Assembly (NCBI GenBank): GCA_030614915.1
Contig: JAUXAG010000006.1
Coordinates: 1,263 to 65,262 of the forward strand
Reading direction: 5' to 3'
Source of the DNA: Actinomycetes bacterium
Lineage (GTDB): Bacteria > Planctomycetota > Phycisphaerae > JAACET01
Length of the DNA: 64,000 bases
The notes beneath the pieces are model-generated. The model was not told the origin of the DNA, did no database searches, and was given only the letters and a program-made list of their open reading frames with translations. The translations under genes were made by a program, and so were the position numbers. The stretch's first letter is position 1. Every line of letters starts with the position of its first letter. Shown here in pieces: positions 18,040 through 26,578 of the stretch.

Positions 18040-19191
18040 CTATCGGAGCATTATCTGACCACCGGTAACAGCAATGGCCTGGCCGGTCTCGTACTTCTGC
18101 TCGATCAGGTAGTACACTGCGTTAATGATGTCGGATACATCGCAGCCGCGTCCCATCGGCACCTTAGCTTCATAGGCCTTGCGAACGTCTTGGACGGTTT
18201 TGGCTCCGGGGACCTTGCCGGCTCGCAGGTATTGGGCGAACAGACCGTTTTGCGGATCAGACCACAGCGGGCCATCGAAAAAATTGCCCGGACAAATGGA
18301 GTTAACCTTGATCCCATCGGAAACCAATTCCAAGGCGAACGACTGAGTCAGTCCGATTCCGCCGAACTTGCTGCCAGCGTAGGCGCTGTTGCAGTTGGAA
18401 CCTACCAGGCCGCTTTTGGAGTTGATCTGGATGATATCAGAAATATAGTCCGGCTTGGCCAGATGTTGGACGGCCAGTATGGGAGCGGCCTTCTGCACAC
18501 ACAGGAAGTAGCCTTTGTAGTTCACGGCGGTGACGAGGTCAAAATCCTCTGTCGGTTGAGTTTTCACACTCTGGGCTTTCAGCACGCCGGCGTTGGATAT
18601 AAGAATGTCCAGTCCGCCGTATGCACGAACGGTCTGATCTATTGCCTTGCCGACAGACTCGCTGTCGGTAACGTCGATGGCCAGACCCTTGGCCCGCCCG
18701 GGGCCATGAATCTTGCACAGCTGCTCGGCCTCGCTGCGGGCACCGTGCTCATCAATGTCTGCCAAGACTACGTAAGCGCCTTGTTCAGCAAGGTCCTGGG
18801 CGATTCCCAGACCGATGCCTTGAGCTGCCCCGCTAACCAAAGCCACCATTGCCCCCACCCGCCCAGCTTGCATATAGTCTTCGACGACGCTAAAGAGCCC
18901 CACGTTCTTGACCCCAACAACTTGCACCGGCTCTGGGGCTGCTTCAATAGCCCCCGTCAGCCGTTCTACCACCTGCTCTGCTGATGCTTTAGCCGGTATC
19001 TCAACTGCTAGAGAACTGGGCGGATCGCTGGCCGACTCGCTGAAACGGACGAGACTGAGCTTATCGACCTGGGCCAAAAGTGCCCTCAGGGCCGGAGCTA
19101 CTATGTTTATCAAGCGGTTTTGCTCATCGACTGTCATGGTCTGCATCGCTCCTGTATTTGGGCTTATCGGTTTGGCAGTAGCCTTTAACAA
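18040..19191 (-). CDS. Short-chain dehydrogenase/reductase (SDR) family oxidoreductase with ~100-aa N-terminal extension
   Basis: Rossmann motif ALVSGAAQGIGLGIA. NAG motif ISNAG. Catalytic YAGSKFG (YxxxK). The extension MLKATAKPISPNT...VVEDYMQAG precedes the SDR core, so an internal start is possible. Confidence 0.8.
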   Translation of the reverse strand: MLKATAKPISPNTGAMQTMTVDEQNRLINIVAPALRALLAQVDKLSLVRFSESASDPPSSLAVEIPAKASAEQVVERLTGAIEAAPEPVQVVGVKNVGLFSVVEDYMQAGRVGAMVALVSGAAQGIGLGIAQDLAEQGAYVVLADIDEHGARSEAEQLCKIHGPGRAKGLAIDVTDSESVGKAIDQTVRAYGGLDILISNAGVLKAQSVKTQPTEDFDLVTAVNYKGYFLCVQKAAPILAVQHLAKPDYISDIIQINSKSGLVGSNCNSAYAGSKFGGIGLTQSFALELVSDGIKVNSICPGNFFDGPLWSDPQNGLFAQYLRAGKVPGAKTVQDVRKAYEAKVPMGRGCDVSDIINAVYYLIEQKYETGQAIAVTGGQIMLR

Positions 19192-19296
19192 CGGCTACAC
19201 CCAGCTTGACAAGGCCAGAGATTCGCGGTTCGGCTGTTTCTTTTGCCCACCATCATACCCGCTTCCGCAGGAATGATCCCTTGGGAGACATTCGGG

Positions 19297-20682
19297 CTAA
19301 AGGCCAACAGCTTCGATGATCTTGTCCAAATCATCGGGGACCACTACGGGGCGATTGGCAAGATTAGCTCGCTTCACACCCACCCGTTGATATTTCTCTA
19401 TCTGGCCGAGATTTACCTCGGTGTGGTAATCCACTGTTACATTCGGGTCCTTCAAGGCGTGTCCTGTCAGGATGCAGACCACCCGCTCGTTTTTGCCGAT
19501 GACCGCTTCGGCCCGTAACTTGCGTAGCCCGGCCACCGAGGCCGCCGAAGCCGGTTCACAGCCCAGGCCGCTGCGCCCGACCATGGCCTTGGCGTCCAGT
19601 ATTTCCTCATCTGTAACTGTGCGCACCAGGCCGCTACACACATCCAAGGCCCGGAGGCACTTGCGCAGGTTCACCGGCCGATTGATTTCAATAGCGCTGG
19701 CCAGAGTCTTGGCCGAGCGGCGCTCGCTGTCCATTTGCTCGAAGAATTTCTTCTCCAGTTCCGGGTCGCACCGCCCGTCGTTCCACTTCATTTTCTCCTG
19801 TTCCACCAGCCGGTAGAGAGTATCAGCCCCGGCGGCATTGATAATTGCCATCCGCGGCACCCGCTCGATGAGCTTGAGTTTTTGCAGTTCCATAAAGGCC
19901 TTGCCGAAGGCGCTGCTGTTGCCCAGGTTACCGCCGGGCACCACTATCCAGTCGGGCACCTGCCAGTTGAGACCTTCGAGCACCCGGTACATGATGGCCT
20001 TTTGCCCTTCCAGCCGGAAGGGATTGATCGAATTCATCATGTACAGGCCCAGCCGCTCGGCCACTTGCTGAACCCGCCGCATACATACGTCGAAATCCCC
20101 TTCGATCTGGATGGTTCTGGCGCCGTAATCCAGGGCCTGGGCAAGTTTGCCGTAAGCGATCTTGCCCGATCCGATAAAGGCCACCGCCTGCATCCCGGCC
20201 GCCGAGGCGAACATGGCCACCGCCGCCGAGGTATTGCCGGTCGAGGCGCAGGCTACGGTCTTGGCCCCCACCATGCGGGCATGGGTGAAGGCCCCAGCCA
20301 TGCCGTTATCCTTGAACGAGCCGCTGGGATTGAGTCCTTCGTATTGCAGAAATATGTTCGGCGGCTCGATATCCACGTAATCAGCCAGGGCCCGGGAGTT
20401 CTGCAAAATAGTTTGGCCCTCTCCCAGGCTCACCATATCCTGCTCCGGGGCGAACTTCAGCAGTTCCCTGAAACGCCAGACCCCCGAAAAGTTCAGCCGC
20501 TCATTGCGTTGGGCCCAGCGTCTGGCAAAGGCCTTCATTCGCCGGGGCACCGGGATGAGCTTCCATTGGTAGCTGATGTCCATCAGCCCTGTGCACTTGG
20601 GGCAGGCGAAGGTTTGATCCTGGATATCCACTCTTGCCCCGCACGTTGGATTGATGCATTCCTGCCAAGCCACTTCACTCAT
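19297..20682 (-). CDS. thrC: Threonine synthase (long form with N-terminal Cys4 zinc-ribbon)
   Basis: CINPTCG...CPKCTG N-terminus. PLP lysine motif GSFKDNGMAG. Overall conserved fold-type II PLP enzyme pattern. Confidence 0.9.
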   Translation of the reverse strand: MSEVAWQECINPTCGARVDIQDQTFACPKCTGLMDISYQWKLIPVPRRMKAFARRWAQRNERLNFSGVWRFRELLKFAPEQDMVSLGEGQTILQNSRALADYVDIEPPNIFLQYEGLNPSGSFKDNGMAGAFTHARMVGAKTVACASTGNTSAAVAMFASAAGMQAVAFIGSGKIAYGKLAQALDYGARTIQIEGDFDVCMRRVQQVAERLGLYMMNSINPFRLEGQKAIMYRVLEGLNWQVPDWIVVPGGNLGNSSAFGKAFMELQKLKLIERVPRMAIINAAGADTLYRLVEQEKMKWNDGRCDPELEKKFFEQMDSERRSAKTLASAIEINRPVNLRKCLRALDVCSGLVRTVTDEEILDAKAMVGRSGLGCEPASAASVAGLRKLRAEAVIGKNERVVCILTGHALKDPNVTVDYHTEVNLGQIEKYQRVGVKRANLANRPVVVPDDLDKIIEAVGL

Positions 20683-20745
20683 GATCTACCTCGCTCTGTT
20701 CAGGTTCTAGGCCTCAGGTCTGAGCCTCAGGGTCGAAGACAAGCC

Positions 20746-21663
20746 TCATGCCTCATTCTTAGATGCCTGTTGCAGAGTTTTCTTTTCCTGCCGACTCAAG
20801 CTGCCTAGGCCTTCTTCGTGGACTTTTTTGAGAATGCGGTCGATCTCGGTCTGCTGGGCACGTTGACGCTTCATTTTTCTTTCCCAGGCTCCCTTGCGAA
20901 TCTTGACCTGCACCCATTTACGCCCCGACGGCCCGACAGCCCCGCCGACCCTGCCCGGCCAACGGATAAGACCCTTGGCCTCCAGCCAGACCCACAATGC
21001 TCCCACGGCCAAGCCGCCCAGATGACAGGCGTCGGCTCCTTCTTGTGAGCCCAATATGTTGAGCAGATATATTGCGCCAATAATTATGGCCAGCGTACGG
21101 ATGCGAATAGGAAGGATGAAAAACAGTAAGATCGTTACCTGCGGTGCTCCTACCGCGCAGGCACCGACCAAACCTAGCACGGAGCCCGACGCACCGATCA
21201 TTAGCTTACTTGGAAAAACTCCGGCTGCTACGGTAATGGCATAGACTATTGCCCCCACTACTCCGAAAAGGCTATACAGAATGAAGAACTTCTTACCCCC
21301 CCAACGCTGCTCCAGCAAAGTCCCCAGAAAATATACCCACAGCATATTCCAAAAAATATGTCCCAGCCCACCATGCAGGTACTGATAGCTTATGAACCGC
21401 CATACTTGCCCTCTCAGTATTGCCCACTCGAGAACGAAACCTCCTGCGTATTCCGGCCAACCCAAGGCCAAATGGAGACCGGGTACGGGCACTAGAAATC
21501 CCAATGCCCTGCATAGGCGCTGGGCGACGAAGACGGCTACGTTGGCAATCAGGAGCTTCTTGACCATGGGTGTTAGCCGTGGCCACATGAAGCCCCCGGC
21601 CATCATCGGACCACCTCGGCCCTCGTAGCCGCTTTGGGCGTAATCCCTGTCTTGCCAGCCCAT
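20746..21663 (-). CDS. Rhomboid-family intramembrane serine protease
   Basis: GASGSVLGL (GxSG) and AHLGGLAVG (catalytic His) within a 6-TM core. Cytoplasmic Lys/Arg-rich C-terminal tail. Confidence 0.85.
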   Translation of the reverse strand: MGWQDRDYAQSGYEGRGGPMMAGGFMWPRLTPMVKKLLIANVAVFVAQRLCRALGFLVPVPGLHLALGWPEYAGGFVLEWAILRGQVWRFISYQYLHGGLGHIFWNMLWVYFLGTLLEQRWGGKKFFILYSLFGVVGAIVYAITVAAGVFPSKLMIGASGSVLGLVGACAVGAPQVTILLFFILPIRIRTLAIIIGAIYLLNILGSQEGADACHLGGLAVGALWVWLEAKGLIRWPGRVGGAVGPSGRKWVQVKIRKGAWERKMKRQRAQQTEIDRILKKVHEEGLGSLSRQEKKTLQQASKNEA

Positions 21664-22765
21664 ATCATTCCCCGTTCAGGCTCTTGGGTTTTCGAATTGC
21701 TGTGATTATAGGTGCTGAGTGAGCCAGCCGCAAGCTGGGTCTAAAGTGACCTTTGTAAGGCTATTATCACTGCTTTCTCAGCTATGGTCCGGCGGGAGGC
21801 CCCGGGCGGGGCGCAGATTTGCTCTGCGGACATTAACTACCCGTAATGTCCTGTAGTATAAGTCGCTACGAGAGGTCAGACACCTTTGTATTTTTATCCT
21901 TTTTACGGGGACCCTGACGGATGCTATGCGCCTGGGCCCAATACTTTTTGGAGCTGGACCCCATAAAAATATCGAGAATTACAGAGAATTTGTCTTGCAA
22001 AGTGGGTAAACTGGGCTTAGTATTTTAGAGAAGGGCTTGGTGTATCGAGCCGCTGATATCGGGCAGGTTGCTCTTGAAGATTTCAGTTTTGGGGATCGCT
22101 TTACAGGCGGTCACACAAAACGACAAGTACGGAGGAGGTATTTTCTTTGCTCTAACACGGGGACTTAGGGGGTAATTTCCGGGTTTTGTACATTGATAGA
22201 TAGAAGCGCCGTTGCGGTCTGCCGTTGTATTATGCTTACCTGCCGGTAGGCAAGGGCATTTCGACCGTCGGCGATATGATCTCCGGGCGCCGGATCCATC
22301 TGGCAACACCTTCCTGTCGGCCGTGCCCCCCCCACGGTCTGACATTGTTGCCTTTTTTCCGGCGCCCTTTTCTTATTCCAACCTCAGTATCCAGCCGGTC
22401 CTGGCTGGCCCTTGCCTCAGGTAGCATCCTTGGGAAACGACAGTTCCGAGAGGCACTACCCGTGAGTATCGGCATTTCTTCAGGCGTCGGCACCTGGTCT
22501 ACTTTTGGGACTTCTGCGGGACCATTTTGGGCAAAAAACACAACAGATACGAGGATTATCGGCCCCCTGCAAGAATTACGATAAATCTAATAAGTCTTTG
22601 TGGCAAATAAAAATAAGAAAATCTGTCAAAGGTCCATTTATCCCCGGACGATACAGTTAAGGGTAGCTCATTTTGCAGATTCTCTGGGGGTTTCCAGTTC
22701 TAGTCGCTATAATCTGGTGTCGGAGCGAACCCCTGGTGAATACCTGACTTTCAGAAAGTTCAGCA

Positions 22766-23383
22766 ATGGTCAATCACAGATATCTTGGTACTTCGGATAT
22801 AGCTCGGGTTTGCCAAGTCACCGCCGTTACCGTGGGCAATTGGATCCGTACCGGCAAACTCAAGGCCTCTCGTGTACCGGGGGGAAACTATCGTGTAACC
22901 ACGGCTGACTTGGCGCACTTCCTGCAGGACGCCGGCATGGTTGTCCCATCCGCGCTGATCAGCGAGCAGCCGCGGGTGCTGATTATCTGCGACGAGCCGG
23001 CCGCCACAGGGCGCTTCGGCAGCATCCTGGCTGATATCGGCGGGCGCTGGCATATCGATACTGCCTGCGACTGCTTGACCGCTGGGGCTAAGGTCGTCCA
23101 GATTGAGCCAGACCTGGTCATCCTGCGGCTGCCTATGGCGGGGATGGATCCGCAGGTTTGTGAGCAAATTTGTCAGACCTCAGCTTGGGCGCGTTGCAAA
23201 CTCCTGGTCATACTCACGACCGGCGAGCCGGCCGAGACGGCCGAAGCAAAACAAATTGGTGCTGACCGCTGTTTGGGCAAGGATTTCACCGCCAATGAGT
23301 TCCGCTCGGCCGTGCTGGAGTTGCTGTTCGAAGGTGCCCTGCCACCCGAAGATTTCCAAAGAACATCGCAGAAAGACCATTGA
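22766..23383 (+). CDS. Excisionase/MerR-type HTH (HTH_17) fused to atypical receiver-like domain lacking the phospho-acceptor Asp
   Basis: N-terminus LGTSDIARVCQVTAVTVGNWIRTGKLKASRVPGGNYRVTTADLAHFL. REC-like region ...RVLIICDEPAAT...DLVILRLPMAGMD, where R replaces the expected Asp. Paralog at 56535-57131. Confidence 0.65.
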   Translation: MVNHRYLGTSDIARVCQVTAVTVGNWIRTGKLKASRVPGGNYRVTTADLAHFLQDAGMVVPSALISEQPRVLIICDEPAATGRFGSILADIGGRWHIDTACDCLTAGAKVVQIEPDLVILRLPMAGMDPQVCEQICQTSAWARCKLLVILTTGEPAETAEAKQIGADRCLGKDFTANEFRSAVLELLFEGALPPEDFQRTSQKDH

Positions 23384-23398
23384 TCCCCCCGCCCAGGC

Positions 23399-23998
23399 TC
23401 ATTCACTTATGCCCAGACGCTTCCGCACGTGTCGCGGCATGTCTTGGGCCTTTACATTTAGCCACAACCCGCGCTTGTTTTTCCGGGCTTGATTTTCTAT
23501 CTGCCCGAAGCGAAAGTAGAACCGGTGCCGCCAACGGCCGTCCGCATAGGCGTGTCCGCTTCGCAGCAGCTCCTCGTTGAGCATCTTACCCGCGTCGGTG
23601 TATACAAATGCCAGCAGCCTGCCGAACTTGCCTCGGGTCTTTTCGCCCTCGAGCTCTATGCTAACCGTTCGAGAAGCGACCATCCTTTCGGTAAAGGTTG
23701 TAGCCTCCCGGCCGAAGTATGCCACTGGCTTGCCCGGAGCCTTGGTTTCGGGGGTATCCACTCCCCACAATCTCACTCGCGTATAGGACTGATTGGCATC
23801 TGGGGTATTCAGATCGATAGTGTCCCCGTCAATCACCCGGTACACCTGGAACTGCTTATTGTTGTATCTGTGAAAATCACCGCTTTGTGGGCTTTGTCGG
23901 TCGCGCCCAATCAGGGCCAGCACTACCAGCAGGCCCAGAAGCACAGCTAGAGCTACTGTCCTGCTCAGCCTGTTGGCCGAGGGCTTGAGCTTTGCCAT
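23399..23998 (-). CDS. Thermonuclease (SNase/staphylococcal nuclease homolog), secreted or membrane-anchored
   Basis: N-terminal hydrophobic anchor. VIDGDTI...RLWGVDTPE...Y......R...E SNase signature. Confidence 0.8.
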   Translation of the reverse strand: MAKLKPSANRLSRTVALAVLLGLLVVLALIGRDRQSPQSGDFHRYNNKQFQVYRVIDGDTIDLNTPDANQSYTRVRLWGVDTPETKAPGKPVAYFGREATTFTERMVASRTVSIELEGEKTRGKFGRLLAFVYTDAGKMLNEELLRSGHAYADGRWRHRFYFRFGQIENQARKNKRGLWLNVKAQDMPRHVRKRLGISE

Positions 23999-24028
23999 CA
24001 GAGCAGTCCGATTATTATGCTATCAAGA

Positions 24029-25264
24029 TCAAAGACCCTGCCGGGTCGGTGCAGATTCCAGATTGAAGGCCTTGTGTACGGCCCGCAAGGCCTGGGGCCC
24101 CTGGTCGCGACTGATCAAGCAGGAGAGCTTGATCTCGCTGGTAGTGATGGCATTGATGTTTATCTTGGCCTGGGCCAAGGCCCTGAACATGCTGTGGGCC
24201 ACACCAGTATGGCTTCGCATTCCTACGCCCACCGCTGAGACTTTAGCCAGTTCATTGTCGTAGGATATTTTACATCCCGGCCAATTTGCCTTTACCTCGG
24301 CCACCACTTTCTGAGCCGCCTTCAATTCCCCCGAATCCACCGTGAAGCTCAGCGTCGCACAGCCGCTTTCGTGCTCAGTTTGGATGATATCATCCACGAT
24401 GATGTTAGCCTTGGCTACCCGGGAGAAGATATCCGCTGCAATACCCGGCGTATTCGGCACGTGGTCCATGGTTATCTGAGCGACGTCCTTTTTCAGAGAC
24501 ACACCCGAAATGACAATTTCTTCCATGGTATCAGCCTCCTGGCAGATTTCGGTGCCCGGTTCATCAGTGGCGCTGGACCGGACGCGAATCAGCACATTAT
24601 ACTTTTTACCGAACTCTACGGCCCGGGAGTGCATTACGCCGGCGCCCAGACTGGCCATCTCGAGCATTTCGTCGTAGCTGATGCGATCGAGTTTGCGGGC
24701 CTCGGACACAATTCGCGGGTCGGCGGTGAAAACTCCCGGCACATCGGTAAAGATATCACAATAATCAGCTCGCAGCACAGCCGCTAGGGCTACGGCGGTG
24801 GTGTCTGAGCCGCCTCGGCCCAGAGTAGTGATATTTGCATTTTCGTCTACCCCTTGGAAGCCGGCTATAATTGCAATCTTCCCCTGGTCCAACTGCGAAG
24901 TGATCCGCTGGGCATTGATCCGCTGGATTCTGGCCTTGGTATGGGCGTTATCGGTTATCAGCCCGACCTGCCCTCCGGTGAAGCTGACCGCCTCATGGCC
25001 GGCCGCCTGGATTGCCATGGCCATCAGCGATATCGATATCTGTTCCCCAGTGCTCAGCAGTTGATCCATTTCCCGTTTGGAAGGATTATCGCTAATCTCG
25101 TAGGCCATTTGCTCCAGTTTATCTGTGGTTTTGCCCGGTGCCGAAACCACCACCACCACCGAGTTGCCTGCCAGCTTGGCGCTGATTGCCCGCTTGGCTG
25201 CCCGGTGTATTTTCTGGGCATCCGCAATGCTCGTACCGCCGAATTTCTGGACTACCAAACCCAT
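24029..25264 (-). CDS. lysC: Aspartate kinase with C-terminal ACT domains
   Basis: MGLVVQKFGGTSIADAQKI N-terminus. Conserved AAK fold motifs. Tandem ACT domains. Confidence 0.9.
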   Translation of the reverse strand: MGLVVQKFGGTSIADAQKIHRAAKRAISAKLAGNSVVVVVSAPGKTTDKLEQMAYEISDNPSKREMDQLLSTGEQISISLMAMAIQAAGHEAVSFTGGQVGLITDNAHTKARIQRINAQRITSQLDQGKIAIIAGFQGVDENANITTLGRGGSDTTAVALAAVLRADYCDIFTDVPGVFTADPRIVSEARKLDRISYDEMLEMASLGAGVMHSRAVEFGKKYNVLIRVRSSATDEPGTEICQEADTMEEIVISGVSLKKDVAQITMDHVPNTPGIAADIFSRVAKANIIVDDIIQTEHESGCATLSFTVDSGELKAAQKVVAEVKANWPGCKISYDNELAKVSAVGVGMRSHTGVAHSMFRALAQAKININAITTSEIKLSCLISRDQGPQALRAVHKAFNLESAPTRQGL

Positions 25265-25277
25265 AGCTTTTCCAACT

Positions 25278-25363
25278 AGGCTTGAGGCTTGAGACTTGAG
25301 GAAGAGCCCGTGGCCAGAGCTAGCTTTTTCTTCCTCGTCCCTCAGGCCTCACGCCTCAGGCCT
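25278..25363 (-). repeat. Intercistronic imperfect inverted repeat built from triplicated CTTGAGG / CCTCAGG heptamers (24-nt arms, ~38-nt spacer) between lysC and the apgM-like gene
   Basis: Left arm aggcttgaggcttgagacttgagg (25278-25301). Right arm cctcaggcctcacgcctcaggcct (25340-25363), whose reverse complement matches the left arm at 20 of 24 positions. The right arm overlaps the stop codon of the upstream gene. Confidence 0.5.
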
Positions 25364-26543
25364 TTAAAAAGTATTCCATCAGTTCCCAGCCACGCTCGAC
25401 ATGCAGGTCCGCCGCCTCGGCGTTGGCTTCGCTGAAGGCATCGGCCAGGACGGCGGTGATGTTCTCACCGGCCAGGGCGAAGGGCACAGCTTTTCCAATG
25501 TGTGTGCGCAGACGCACCGGGGTAGGATGATCCGGGCAGATCAGCATCCGCCAGTGCTTACCTTTGCGCAACTCCTCAAGTACCGGCCCAACGATATGTT
25601 TGTCAATGGCCTCCAGGGCGGCCAACTTGGCCTTGGCATCGCCGTTGTGGCCGGCCTCATCCGGGGCCTCGATGTGCACCACCACCAGGTCATAGTTCTT
25701 CAGGGCCGCAACAGCGGCTTGGCCTTTGGCCTGGTAATCCGTGTCCAGATAACCCGTAGCCCCTGGTACTTGGATGTTCTCCCATCCGGCCAGCCGGGCC
25801 AGGCCCTTGATCAAATCGGTGCCTGCCACCAGTCCCCCCCGAAGCCCGAATCGCTTGCTGAATGGTTCCAGTTCGCAGCGTCTGCCCTGACCCCACAGCC
25901 ATATCTGTGTCGCGGGGTTCTCGTTGAGTTGTCGCCGGACATCGTTGATCTCGTTCTTCTCGAACAGCTCAGCCGACTTGCTCATCATCTCTCGCAGGGC
26001 GGCGCTGCCTTTTCCCTTCGGCAAGTATTTTTGCACCGACTGATCCATAATATCGTGCGGCGCAACGGTCCGCAGCCTTTTAAAGGCCGCTTCCCGGAAC
26101 ACTACCAGGTGGCGATAGGAAACCCCTGGATAGAACTCTATGCTGTCGCTGGCCAGCTCTTCGGCGAGCAGGTTTATCAGGGCCCGGGCTTCCTGTGAAG
26201 AAATGTGTCCGGCCGAATAGTCGATCATCTTCCCGTCGATAATCGTGACCAGGTTCGCCCGCAACGCCCAGTCTTCTTCAGCCAGTTCGATACCTCGTCC
26301 CGCCGCTTCGATCGCTGCCCGGCCGGTGTAGTTGGCCTTGGGATCGTAGCCCATCAGGCTCATGATGGCTATGTCCGAGCCCGGGGGCATTGCCGCCGGT
26401 ACATGCTTGACCGTCCCGGTCCGACCGTGGCTGGCAACCCAGTCGATATTGGGCAGCCGGGCCGCCTCTAGCGGCGTACGGTTGCCGAGTTCACCGATCG
26501 GCTCGTCGGCCGCCCCGTCGGGTATTATTACCGTGTATCGCAC
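25356..26543 (-). CDS. Cofactor-independent phosphoglycerate mutase family protein (archaeal-type ApgM-like); candidate non-orthologous homoserine kinase given context
   Basis: MRYTVIIPDGAADEPI... N-terminus and metalloenzyme/PhosphMutase-type motifs. Sits between lysC and hom. Confidence 0.85.
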   Translation of the reverse strand: MRYTVIIPDGAADEPIGELGNRTPLEAARLPNIDWVASHGRTGTVKHVPAAMPPGSDIAIMSLMGYDPKANYTGRAAIEAAGRGIELAEEDWALRANLVTIIDGKMIDYSAGHISSQEARALINLLAEELASDSIEFYPGVSYRHLVVFREAAFKRLRTVAPHDIMDQSVQKYLPKGKGSAALREMMSKSAELFEKNEINDVRRQLNENPATQIWLWGQGRRCELEPFSKRFGLRGGLVAGTDLIKGLARLAGWENIQVPGATGYLDTDYQAKGQAAVAALKNYDLVVVHIEAPDEAGHNGDAKAKLAALEAIDKHIVGPVLEELRKGKHWRMLICPDHPTPVRLRTHIGKAVPFALAGENITAVLADAFSEANAEAADLHVERGWELMEYFLKA

Positions 26544-26578
26544 TTTACTCTTACCAGTTTAAGATCGAGCTTGAATAT

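Noticed and set aside
17902-18984. 360-aa plus-strand ORF
   Set aside because: It is antisense to the SDR gene, which has clear TGxxxGxG/YxxxK motifs, and it has no motifs of its own.
19735-20808. 357-aa plus-strand ORF
   Set aside because: It is antisense to threonine synthase.
21664-22765. Possible tmRNA / RNase P RNA / SRP RNA in the 1.1-kb gap
   Set aside because: I found no tRNA-like 3' domain (GGTTCGA.TCC...CCA), no RNase P P4/GGTGAAA signatures, and no SRP domain-IV GGAAGCAGCC motif. Only a weak GTCCGGAAG match at 11173, which fails the rest of the consensus.
25401-26198. 265-aa plus-strand ORF
   Set aside because: It is antisense to the phosphoglycerate-mutase-like gene.
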